From assembly GCA_020057885.1 (NCBI GenBank), contig JAGVEX010000016.1, forward strand, positions 1 through 55,726: a stretch of DNA of 55,726 nucleotides. Direction: 5' to 3'. Shown here piece by piece: positions 8,471-16,488 of this stretch. The stretch's first letter is position 1, and the number at the start of each line of letters is the position of its first letter. This stretch comes from a bacterium (GTDB lineage Bacteria > Patescibacteriota > Patescibacteriia > Veblenbacterales > UBA10138). A program made the position numbers and the translations under genes. The notes beneath the pieces are model-generated. The model ran no database searches and was not told where the DNA came from. It worked only from the letters and a program-made list of their open reading frames with translations.

Positions 8471-9727
8471 ATGCTTACTAAAGACTATTTTAAACTCGCC
8501 TCGGTTTCATTTAGGCGTAATTTATTACGCACTTTACTTTCTGGTTTGGGTATTGTTATTAGTATAGCTTCGGTTATAGTGGTCATTTCCGCCGCTCAAG
8601 GCGTAAAAGGGTTTATTATTGGTCAGTTTGATTCTTTTGGCAGTAATTTGTTACAAACCGAAACGCGTGTACCTTCCACTGGCAGTATTAATAGCGGTGA
8701 TAGCGCACAGGCGCAAGCCTTAGGTACAGTAATTACTACTTTGACGCTTGATGATATGTTGGCCATACGCAAATTACCTAACATTGTTACTAATTATGGT
8801 TATCAAATGGGACAAGCAGTTGCTACTTCGCCTACGGACAAAAAAACCGTAATGCTCTGGGGAGCGTCAGCCACTTTTTTAGATATTGATACTGGTAAAA
8901 TTAAAGAGGGGCGTTTTTATACTGAGGAGGAGGATGCTTCATTAACACGTGTTGCAGTATTAGGCTCCGAGGTAGCCAGTGAATTATTTGGCGATATTAA
9001 TCCAGTAGGGCAGACTATAAAAATAAAACAGAAAAATTTTGAAGTGATAGGTGTTTTTGCTAAGCGTGGGGCGGCCTTATTTTTTAATCTTGACGCGGTA
9101 GTTTATGTTCCGGTAAAAACACTGCAAAAACAAATTTTAGGAACAGATTATGTTTCTGCTATTACTAGTCAGTATCGCGATAAAAGCAAATTAACCGCTA
9201 CTATTGCCGACGTGCAGGATTTATTACGCGCGCGGCACAACATTGACCTTAGCGACCCTGATAAAGATGATTTTATTGTTACGACCAGCGATGATGTGGC
9301 TAATATTTTGGATACAATTTTGGGTGGCTTTACTATTTTATTAGTCGCGCTAGCCGCCATCTCTTTAATAGTAGGCGGCGTGGGAATTATGAATATTATG
9401 TACGTTTCTATTTTAGAAAGAACTTTTGAAATAGGTTTGCGCAAGGCCGTGGGTGCTACACGGGAACAAATTTTAAGGCAATTTTTAATTGAAGCAGTAC
9501 TGGTAACAACCATGGGTGGTATTACTGGTATTATACTCGGCGTGTTGATTTCTTTGGGGATTGCGGGGGTAGCAAAAATACAAGGTTTTGCCTGGAGTTT
9601 TGTAATTCCCTTGTACTCAGTAATTTTAGCTACTGGTTTTTCTATAGTCTGTGGACTTATTTTTGGACTTTACCCAGCCCGCCGTGCTGCTGAGCTGGAT
9701 CCAATAGAGGCCTTGCGGAAGGAATAG
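8471..9727 (+). CDS. MacB/FtsX-type ABC permease 2
   Basis: Paralogue of the preceding gene: GGVGIMNIM, EIGLRKAVGA and PARRAAELDPI. Confidence 0.93.
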   Translation: MLTKDYFKLASVSFRRNLLRTLLSGLGIVISIASVIVVISAAQGVKGFIIGQFDSFGSNLLQTETRVPSTGSINSGDSAQAQALGTVITTLTLDDMLAIRKLPNIVTNYGYQMGQAVATSPTDKKTVMLWGASATFLDIDTGKIKEGRFYTEEEDASLTRVAVLGSEVASELFGDINPVGQTIKIKQKNFEVIGVFAKRGAALFFNLDAVVYVPVKTLQKQILGTDYVSAITSQYRDKSKLTATIADVQDLLRARHNIDLSDPDKDDFIVTTSDDVANILDTILGGFTILLVALAAISLIVGGVGIMNIMYVSILERTFEIGLRKAVGATREQILRQFLIEAVLVTTMGGITGIILGVLISLGIAGVAKIQGFAWSFVIPLYSVILATGFSIVCGLIFGLYPARRAAELDPIEALRKE

Positions 9728-9733
9728 TGAGAT

Positions 9734-9768
9734 AAAAAAACGAGAATATCCATTTAAATACTCTCGTT
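9734..9768 (-). terminator. Intrinsic terminator of the minus-strand orphan
   Basis: aacgaga/tctcgtt stem with an A-tract on the + strand 5' side. Confidence 0.45.
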
Positions 9769-9799
9769 GGCGTTTTATAAAAATTGCGTTTGTTTAGTC

Positions 9800-10225
9800 T
9801 TATTGGAAAAAAGCGAGCGCTTTATTTGAGGCGTTGATACACAGCCTGTCATCGGGCATATTAATAACTTTATCTAATAATCCGTCTACTGGTAGGTGAA
9901 TGGTAACTGTTCTTATCATTCTTTTTATATTATTTACATTATCGTGTAGATTTTTTACCGTGATAACTACCGAGAAGCACATTTTTGTAGCATCAAACGA
10001 AGATTTTTGCACGCGGCCTTTTAGGACGTAGTTAGGGACGACACTACCCGCCAGTCCATAAATTTCGCATTTTTTATTTTTTAGATTAGTAAGTATTTCC
10101 GGCAGTTGATTTGATGTGAGTAAGGCACATCCCTCTGGCACGTCAATCAAATCATGCCCATTACCACCCTCTGGCACATTTGTCATTTTACGATAATCAA
10201 TCGTAATTCTCTGTCTTTTCTTCAT
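9800..10225 (-). CDS. Hypothetical protein (orphan cassette)
   Basis: 141-aa ORF with SD AAGGAG, own TTGACT promoter (10308-10303) and a terminator; no recognised motif. Confidence 0.65.
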   Translation of the reverse strand: MKKRQRITIDYRKMTNVPEGGNGHDLIDVPEGCALLTSNQLPEILTNLKNKKCEIYGLAGSVVPNYVLKGRVQKSSFDATKMCFSVVITVKNLHDNVNNIKRMIRTVTIHLPVDGLLDKVINMPDDRLCINASNKALAFFQ

Positions 10226-10330
10226 TTATTCTCCTTAGTTTAGTTTTGTGATTAGTTTTTTTAATGAACAATAACCCTATTTTATAGTGCCTAGAGTAGG
10301 TGAGTCAAGGGTTGGGTGTAGTGTTATCCC

Positions 10331-10359
10331 TTGACACCATTTTGGGGGTATTTTACAAT
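10331..10359 (+). promoter_or_regulatory. sigma70 promoter of the hrcA operon
   Basis: TTGACA 10331-10336, 17 bp, TACAAT 10354-10359. Confidence 0.85.
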
Positions 10360-10363
10360 GATA

Positions 10364-10390
10364 TTAGCACTCTCGACCTTAGAGTGCTAA
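10364..10390 (+). promoter_or_regulatory. CIRCE element (HrcA operator)
   Basis: Exact TTAGCACTC-N9-GAGTGCTAA directly upstream of hrcA. Confidence 0.98.
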
Positions 10391-10420
10391 CGCGATAAAA
10401 TTCAATATTTTAGCCATTTT

Positions 10421-11116
10421 ATGGATAAAAGACAGCATAATCTGTTAGCCGAAGTGGTGCGAAGCTATATACGCGAAGCAGAGCCAGTTGGCTCTAAAGC
10501 GTTAGAAGGGGCTTTGGGTGTAAGTTCGGCTACTATCCGTAATGACATGGCTGAATTGGAGGAGCAAGGTTTTTTGGCCCAACCATACACTTCAGCCGGC
10601 CGAGTGCCGACTTTAAAAGGTTATCAATTTTTTATTGATAATTTATTGGAAGCGCGCGAGCCTAAAATAACAGAACAAAGACTTTTAAAAGATTTAGTGA
10701 AACAATTGCAAGCCTCTCACGAAGCTGTGGTTAAAAATTTAGCGCGCAAGTTAGCCGAACTAGCGGGTGAGGCAGTGGTAGTAGGTTTTGCACCTTACGA
10801 CGTATACTATACTGGTTTAGCTAATTTATTTGAACAGCCTGAGTTTGCTGAGGTCAATATGGTGCGCCATATTGGCAAAGTGATTGATAATTTAGACCAA
10901 GCTATGGCTAAACTTTATCATGATACTAACCATAATGAAGAAGTGGGGATAAAAATTGGTTTATCTAATCCTTTTGGCGAAGGTTGTGCCTTAATATTTA
11001 CCAGTTGCCGTAATCTCGAAACGCGTAGCTTAATTGGTCTGCTTGGCCCTATTCGAATGGATTATGATGCTCATATTGGCAGATTGCAATATATAAAATC
11101 ACTTTTCACAATTTAA
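10421..11116 (+). CDS. hrcA: Heat-inducible transcription repressor (short form)
   Basis: EPVGSK, SSATIRNDMAELE, TSAGRVPT and LGPIRMDY; adjacent CIRCE. Confidence 0.95.
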   Translation: MDKRQHNLLAEVVRSYIREAEPVGSKALEGALGVSSATIRNDMAELEEQGFLAQPYTSAGRVPTLKGYQFFIDNLLEAREPKITEQRLLKDLVKQLQASHEAVVKNLARKLAELAGEAVVVGFAPYDVYYTGLANLFEQPEFAEVNMVRHIGKVIDNLDQAMAKLYHDTNHNEEVGIKIGLSNPFGEGCALIFTSCRNLETRSLIGLLGPIRMDYDAHIGRLQYIKSLFTI

Positions 11117-11119
11117 AAT

Positions 11120-11623
11120 ATGAATAATGATGAATCAGAATTAAAAGAGAAAATTCCAACTCAAGCATCGGCCCCAGTGTCGGCCGAAGGCGAGCCAGAT
11201 TTAGCGCGACAATATTTGGAGGGCTGGCAGCGCGCTAAAGCAGATTATGCAAATTTAAAGCGCGAAACCGAAAGTAGAATGCAAGATTTGGTTAAATATG
11301 CCAACGCCGAACTTTTAAAAGAGTTATTGCCGCTAGTTGATTATTTTAAGCACGCGCTTAAAAGCGTCCCCACCGAGCATAAAGGGGATTCCTGGGTAGA
11401 GGGTATTCGGCATATTCAATCTAAACTGGAACAAGTATTGGCGTATTATGGAGTTAAAGAGCTTGAAGTAGTGGGAGAAAAATTTGATCCGGCCTTTCAT
11501 GAGGCAGTTGGTGAAGTGGAAAATTCAGGCGAGTCTGGTGGTATAATAGTAGAGGAAATTAGAACAGGTTTTATGTTACACAATAAGCTATTACAGGTAG
11601 CGCGGGTGAAAGTAGCTAAATAA
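11120..11623 (+). CDS. grpE: Nucleotide exchange factor GrpE
   Basis: RAKADYANLKR, LLPLVD, GEKFDPAFHEAV and ARVKV. Confidence 0.95.
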   Translation: MNNDESELKEKIPTQASAPVSAEGEPDLARQYLEGWQRAKADYANLKRETESRMQDLVKYANAELLKELLPLVDYFKHALKSVPTEHKGDSWVEGIRHIQSKLEQVLAYYGVKELEVVGEKFDPAFHEAVGEVENSGESGGIIVEEIRTGFMLHNKLLQVARVKVAK

Positions 11624-11710
11624 ATGTAAAATGCAAATATCAAAAATAAAAATAACAAATAAAAATAAAATTTTCCATTTTGATTTTTAAATTTTAATTT
11701 TAAAATTTAA
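11624..11710. repeat. Degenerate ~7-bp tandem arrays in inverted arrangement
   Basis: A-rich units (atgtaaa atgcaaa tatcaaa ...) followed by T-rich units (attttga tttttaa attttaa ...). Confidence 0.5.
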
Positions 11711-11712
11711 TT

Positions 11713-11856
11713 ATGGACTACATCTGTCCGGAATGCGGTTACACCGATGAGGCTCGTGGCCGCTGCCCTTCCTGCGATGTGCCCTTAATCCACATTGATG
11801 ATGTGGGTGAAGAGGGTAAAAGCGAGGAAGTGGAGGAAGAAGAACCAAAAGTGTAA
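11713..11856 (+). CDS. Small 47-aa CxxC-x9-CxxC metal-binding protein with an acidic tail (not in the ORF track)
   Basis: MDYICPECGYTDEARGRCPSCDVPLIHIDDVGEEGKSEEVEEEEPKV*; GC-richer coding-like stretch inside AT-rich flanks. Confidence 0.8.
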   Translation: MDYICPECGYTDEARGRCPSCDVPLIHIDDVGEEGKSEEVEEEEPKV

Positions 11857-11986
11857 ATTTCGAGAACAGGTCCGCGTTTAGCGGACCACTCGAACCGGCG
11901 GCATCTTTGCTTTAAAAGGTGTTTCTGGTTTGGGTTCTAAACCCATTCATTATTAATCTTTTAAAAAGAAAGGGGTGTAAAATTTT

Positions 11987-12409
11987 ATGTCAATTGTACG
12001 TTGGACACCAATGTTTCCTGCACTCGAAGAGTTTGATAAATTTTTTGACGATTTTTCTCCTATGAATCGCATGGCAAATTTTGTGCCTGCCCTGGATGTT
12101 TATCAAACTAAAGATGATGTAGTGGTAGAGGCGCCGCTTGCCGGCATAGATCCAGCCAAGGTGAGTATCTCCATTGAGAATGATGTTTTGACTATTGAGG
12201 GTCAAAGCGAGCACAAGAGCGAGGTGGATGAGAAGAATTATTACCGCAAAGAGGTGCGCTGTGGCTCGTTTCATCGTTCCGTGGCTTTACCTGCCGCAGT
12301 GAATGGCGATAAAGCTAAAGCGACTTATGAAAAAGGTGTGCTTAAAATTAGTATTCCGAAAGAGGAGAGGGCAAAACCAAAAACTGTCAAAGTTGAGATA
12401 AAGGATTAG
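11987..12409 (+). CDS. Hsp20/alpha-crystallin small heat-shock protein
   Basis: PALDVYQ, GSFHRSVALP, AxYEKGVLKISIPK and a C-terminal VxV motif. Confidence 0.95.
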   Translation: MSIVRWTPMFPALEEFDKFFDDFSPMNRMANFVPALDVYQTKDDVVVEAPLAGIDPAKVSISIENDVLTIEGQSEHKSEVDEKNYYRKEVRCGSFHRSVALPAAVNGDKAKATYEKGVLKISIPKEERAKPKTVKVEIKD

Positions 12410-12492
12410 GTAGGATGCCGTTCGGCCCTAAGGCGGACGGATCCTTAAGCAAGTTAATCAAACATTGGTCGATTTACTTAAGGAAAAAACAA

Positions 12493-12529
12493 AAATAAAA
12501 AAGTGTTTCCGGAATTTTAGAAACACTTT
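12493..12529 (-). terminator. Intrinsic terminator of the minus-strand orphan
   Basis: aagtgtttc/gaaacactt stem preceded by an A-tract on the + strand. Confidence 0.6.
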
Positions 12530-12547
12530 AGCACATTAAATTTTTTG

Positions 12548-13069
12548 TTACGTTTTGTTGTTTATGGTTTTACTTGGTTTCCATTCTTTAATGATTAGTA
12601 TGATAAGAAGAAGTAAAAATAAAGAAAAGAAAGTTATAACAAAGCCTTGTAGCCCTGGTTTATTACCACCATCATAATAAATAGATGTAATAGCGCTTAC
12701 ACACCAACAGGAAATAATGAGAAATATAAAAGTACTGAGAATTTTCGATCGTAATAAACTAGCGGATTGTTTGTTTGAAGGAGTTGTTAGTTGTTTTTTT
12801 CGCCAAGTGAATTTAATAATTTTGTCCCAGATTTCTTGAGCAAGATCAGACTTCCAAATGCCAAGTATAGCAAGTGGTAGCAATGAAACGTAAAATGATA
12901 GTAAATTTGCAAAAGGCATGACAGAATAAAATTCATCGGCTGATGGTTTTTTATCACTCATGAGGTTTAATAAAAAAATACACCCACTAGCAAAAGCCAC
13001 ATAAAAAACAGCTTCCCCAATTTTTTTCCAGCTAAACCACGAAGGTTTCATTTGTAAAATAGCGACCAT
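12548..13069 (-). CDS. Hypothetical 4-TM membrane protein (orphan cassette inside the heat-shock cluster)
   Basis: Four hydrophobic segments; SD AAAGGAG; promoter TTGACA (13155-13150), 17 bp, TAAAAT. Confidence 0.7.
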   Translation of the reverse strand: MVAILQMKPSWFSWKKIGEAVFYVAFASGCIFLLNLMSDKKPSADEFYSVMPFANLLSFYVSLLPLAILGIWKSDLAQEIWDKIIKFTWRKKQLTTPSNKQSASLLRSKILSTFIFLIISCWCVSAITSIYYDGGNKPGLQGFVITFFSLFLLLLIILIIKEWKPSKTINNKT

Positions 13070-13185
13070 ATTAGTCTCCTTTAAATTTGATTTTTGAATA
13101 TATTTATATTGTATTTATTTGTTAAAATTTTAAACTTATTATTAAATTTTGTCAATAATTGTAATTATTAACTTATTAAAATCAT

Positions 13186-15105
13186 ATGCCAAAAATATTA
13201 GGAATAGATTTAGGAACAACTAACTCTTGTATGGCCATCATCGAAGGTGGTGAGCCTAAGGTGTTAGAAAATAAAGAAGGCGCGCGCACCACGCCATCTG
13301 TTATAGCACAAGCCAAATCGGGTGAGCGCCTGGTTGGTTTGCTGGCTAAGCGCCAAGCAGTTACGAATCACGAGAATACGCTTTATTCCATTAAGCGCCT
13401 TATTGGCCGCCGCTGGGACGATCCAGAAGTTCAGCGTGATTTAAAAGTGTTACCGTTTAAGTTGGTAAAATCGGGTGAGGGAGTAAAAGTTGCTATGGGC
13501 GGCAAAGAATATAGTCCGCAGGAAATTTCCGCCATGGTATTGCAAAAAATGAAAGCTGATGCTGAAGAAAAGACTGGTGAAAAGATTACCGAAGCAGTAA
13601 TTACCGTACCGGCTTATTTTGACGATTCACAGCGCCAAGCTACCAAAGACGCCGGTGAAATTGCCGGTCTTAAAGTGCGGCGTATTATTAACGAACCTAC
13701 AGCCGCGGCTTTGGCCTATGGGTTTGATAAAAAAAAGGATGAAAAAATCGCAGTGTACGATCTTGGCGGTGGTACTTTTGATATTTCGGTGTTGGAAGTT
13801 TCAGCTGACACAGTAGAGGTTAAGGCTACCAACGGTGATACGCATTTGGGTGGCGATGATTTTGATCAGCGTATTATTCACTGGATTGTGGACGAATTTA
13901 AAAAAGATACATGTGTGGATTTATCCAAAGATAATTTAGCGCTACAACGCGTAAAAGAATCAGCGGAAAAAGCTAAAATTGAACTTTCCACCTCAATGGA
14001 AACGGAAATCAATCAGCCGTTCATTACTTCCGATGCCTCTGGCCCTAAGCATTTGGTAATGAAAATGACACGCGCCAAACTGGAGGAATTAGTGAACGAT
14101 TTAGTGCAAAAAACTTTAGAGCCGACTAAAAAAGCTTTGCAGGATGCCGGTTTAACCGTGGGACAGCTTAACGAGGTAGTTTTGGTTGGCGGTATGACTC
14201 GTATGCCGCTAGTGCTAAAAACTGTGGAAAAATTCTTTGGTAAAAAACCAAATGTGTCAGTGAATCCCGATGAAGTTGTGGCAGTGGGTGCGGCCGTGCA
14301 AGCTGGTGTTTTACAGGGTGAAGTGCGCGACGTACTATTGCTTGACGTAACTCCGCTTTCACTTGGCATTGAAACTTTGGGTGGCGTAATGACCAAATTA
14401 ATAGATCGTAATACCACTGTGCCAACCTCCAAGAGTCAAATTTTTTCTACCGCAGCCGATGGCCAAACCAGTGTGGAAATTCATGTGTTACAGGGTGAAC
14501 GCGAATTTGCGCCCGATAATAAAACCTTAGGCCGGTTTATTTTGGATGGTATTCCACCAGCCCCGCGCGGTATGCCGCAAGTGGAAGTATCTTTTGATAT
14601 AGATGCCAACGGTATTCTCTCGGTAAAAGCCAAAGATAAAGCGACCAGCAAAGAGCAAAAAATTACTATCACAGCTTCTAGTGGCCTTTCTAAAGATGAA
14701 GTGGAAAAAATGAAGAAAGAGGCAGAACTGCACGCGGAAGATGATAAAAAGAAGCGCGAACTTATAGATATGAAAAATACGGCAGAATCTACTGTGTATC
14801 AAACTGAGAAAATGCTAAAAGAGCAGGGCGACAAAGTGCCGGCTGATATTAAAAAAGATGTGGAAGAAAAATTAGAAGCTGTGAGAAAAATTAAGGACGC
14901 CGAAGATGTAGCTACAATTAAATCAGCGCTGGATGCTTTACAGCAGTCTGTAATTAAGATTGGCGAGGCAATGTATAAAGCTCAATCAGCCTCCGCGCAA
15001 GGCTCCGGCGGATCTTCGACCGGTTCAGAGCAGTCCACTGGTCAATCAGCAGAGGATAAGAAAGATGAGCCCATTAGTGGGCAGTATGAGGAGGTTAAGA
15101 AGTAA
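13186..15105 (+). CDS. dnaK: Chaperone DnaK (Hsp70)
   Basis: [25 protein letters not shown] and [11 protein letters not shown]. Confidence 0.99.
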   Translation: MPKILGIDLGTTNSCMAIIEGGEPKVLENKEGARTTPSVIAQAKSGERLVGLLAKRQAVTNHENTLYSIKRLIGRRWDDPEVQRDLKVLPFKLVKSGEGVKVAMGGKEYSPQEISAMVLQKMKADAEEKTGEKITEAVITVPAYFDDSQRQATKDAGEIAGLKVRRIINEPTAAALAYGFDKKKDEKIAVYDLGGGTFDISVLEVSADTVEVKATNGDTHLGGDDFDQRIIHWIVDEFKKDTCVDLSKDNLALQRVKESAEKAKIELSTSMETEINQPFITSDASGPKHLVMKMTRAKLEELVNDLVQKTLEPTKKALQDAGLTVGQLNEVVLVGGMTRMPLVLKTVEKFFGKKPNVSVNPDEVVAVGAAVQAGVLQGEVRDVLLLDVTPLSLGIETLGGVMTKLIDRNTTVPTSKSQIFSTAADGQTSVEIHVLQGEREFAPDNKTLGRFILDGIPPAPRGMPQVEVSFDIDANGILSVKAKDKATSKEQKITITASSGLSKDEVEKMKKEAELHAEDDKKKRELIDMKNTAESTVYQTEKMLKEQGDKVPADIKKDVEEKLEAVRKIKDAEDVATIKSALDALQQSVIKIGEAMYKAQSASAQGSGGSSTGSEQSTGQSAEDKKDEPISGQYEEVKK

Positions 15106-15113
15106 TTAAGTAG

Positions 15114-15137
15114 GGCGCCCCGCATACGCGGGGCGCC
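15114..15137. repeat. Perfect GC-rich hairpin after dnaK (terminator/stabiliser or REP-like)
   Basis: ggcgccccgc-atac-gcggggcgcc; no adjacent U-tract. Confidence 0.6.
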
Positions 15138-15182
15138 TAGATTCTAAATTGTCATTCTTAATTTTTACAAACGTTCTTTGAA

Positions 15183-15573
15183 ATAAAAAACTGGCCACCG
15201 AATATGCAAGTGACCAGTATGAGATGACAATCCGCGGGGTGGAGATTCTTTGCCAGGAAAAGCTCACGCAACTTGTCTTTTCTCTTCAAGAAGAATTGAC
15301 CTCCACCACCATTAAGGAGGTAATAGGGTTAGCGCTATGAAGATAGCAGACGTTGTAGTTTAGCTACTTGGCGTCACTTCCATGGGTTCCCCTTGTTATA
15401 TATTTTGGCTCGGGCTCCCTCCTTAGCTATAGTGTGCCAGTGTCATTACTTCCTGGCAGCCCCTAAAAAGTGTTACTACTGGATTGTCGTGGAGGTATAC
15501 TTCATGATAGCCTCCTTTGTTTGTTGTTACGCCGCCAGCCGAGTACACTATTAAAGTACAGGTCAGCAACTTA
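15183..15573 (-). ncRNA. Candidate structured RNA / micro-ORF transcript of unknown family
   Basis: Promoter TTGACT (15608-15603), 17 bp, TAAGAT (15585-15580); terminator ctggtcac/gtggccag plus U-tract (15217-15183); three nested long-range helices; no long ORF. Confidence 0.55.
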
Positions 15574-15631
15574 AGCATTATCTTATTCCAAATCAAATAA
15601 TTAGTCAATTTACAATTTTATTCCATATTAT

Positions 15632-15664
15632 TACTTTCTAATTTGCCTAAATAGGAAAGTAGTA
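15632..15664. promoter_or_regulatory. Palindromic element, copy A
   Basis: tactttctaattt-gcct-aaataggaaagta(gta); inverted copy of 18327-18359 (30/33 identical). Confidence 0.7.
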
Positions 15665-15722
15665 GAAATAAAAATATTTAAAATTTATTCATTATTCATA
15701 ATTCTTAATTCCAAATTAATTT

Positions 15723-15747
15723 AAAACTCTTACTCTTAACTCTTACT
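15723..15747 (+). repeat. 25-bp (ACTCTT)x3 element, copy 1
   Basis: aaaactcttactcttaactcttact, identical to 23200-23224; ends 7 nt before an ATG. Confidence 0.8.
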
Positions 15748-15754
15748 TAACTAT

Positions 15755-16042
15755 ATGCCTAACGAACAACAGCAAATCCAAGTCAAAATCAGCGATAAGG
15801 TGCTAAAAGGTGTTTATGCCAATTTGGCGCAAATTGCCCACAGCAAAGAAGAATTTGTTATAGATTTTATGACCATGATGCCACCTCAGGGTATTGTAGG
15901 CGCGCGGGTTTATATGAATCCAGCCCATGCCAAGCGCTTAGGGCATGCTTTGCTCGAGAATGTAAAAAAATATGAAGATCAATTTGGCAAGATTGAAGAC
16001 GTTGCCCAACAAACTCCAGAAGTTGGCTTTAAAACCAGCTAG
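15755..16042 (+). CDS. DUF3467-family protein
   Basis: GVYANLAQIAHSKEEFVIDF, PAHAKRL and YEDQFGKI pattern. Confidence 0.85.
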   Translation: MPNEQQQIQVKISDKVLKGVYANLAQIAHSKEEFVIDFMTMMPPQGIVGARVYMNPAHAKRLGHALLENVKKYEDQFGKIEDVAQQTPEVGFKTS

Positions 16043-16129
16043 TTTTTGACAATTTAAATATTTTTTGTTAATCTTGGTACAAATTGCACACTTAAATTAA
16101 CTAAAAATAAACATCAATAGGAGAAATAT

Positions 16130-16426
16130 ATGTCTGATAAACAAAATACTGATCAGTTAGTTGTAGATGAAGGTGGACAATATGCATTTTTTCCACCATC
16201 AGATGGTACCAGAAAGTCTGGACCTATTGGACCGACTGAGGCGGATAGAGTTATTGCAACTATTAGATCAGGACAAATAGAACTTGATATACATCAAAAA
16301 AAAGAAGATTCATGGGAAATTTCAAAGGATTATCTTAGTTTTCGAGTACAAGAGGAGTTAGTAGCAATAGATCCGGATTCTTCAGATATTCCTGTTTTTA
16401 AAGAAGAAGAATCCAGTTTTTTATGA
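16130..16426 (+). CDS. Hypothetical acidic protein (orphan cassette)
   Basis: SD AGGAG; promoter TTGACA (16046), 17 bp, TAATCT; terminator aaggcatcg/cgatgcctt (16439-16480). Confidence 0.65.
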   Translation: MSDKQNTDQLVVDEGGQYAFFPPSDGTRKSGPIGPTEADRVIATIRSGQIELDIHQKKEDSWEISKDYLSFRVQEELVAIDPDSSDIPVFKEEESSFL

Positions 16427-16488
16427 ATCATTTAAAGTAAGGCATCGTTAATAATTTTTACTGCGATGCCTTTTCATTTTTTGTAATT

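Noticed and set aside
10304-10335. Inverted repeat gtcaaggg...cccttgac
   Set aside because: Largely explained by back-to-back -35 boxes of the divergent promoters.
10421-11116. HrcA is about 100 aa shorter than the canonical protein
   Set aside because: Both terminal motifs and a perfect CIRCE are intact, so it is a compact variant and not a pseudogene.
12528-12545. TTAGCAC half-match to CIRCE
   Set aside because: The second arm is absent and it overlaps a terminator.
15224-15340. 38-aa plus-strand ORF MTIRGVEILCQ...
   Set aside because: It has no SD or clear promoter, and promoter and terminator polarity favour the minus strand. It is not fully excluded.
15236-15464. tmRNA-like ends (GGGGCTGCCAGG ... 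CTCCACC) on the minus strand
   Set aside because: The acceptor stem pairs poorly, there is no T-arm TTCRA and no CCA, and the span is too short with no tag peptide.
15423-15608. 61-aa ORF in the track
   Set aside because: Its TTG start is the -35 box of the predicted promoter, so the start would lie outside the transcript. Only the internal MTLAHYS has an SD.
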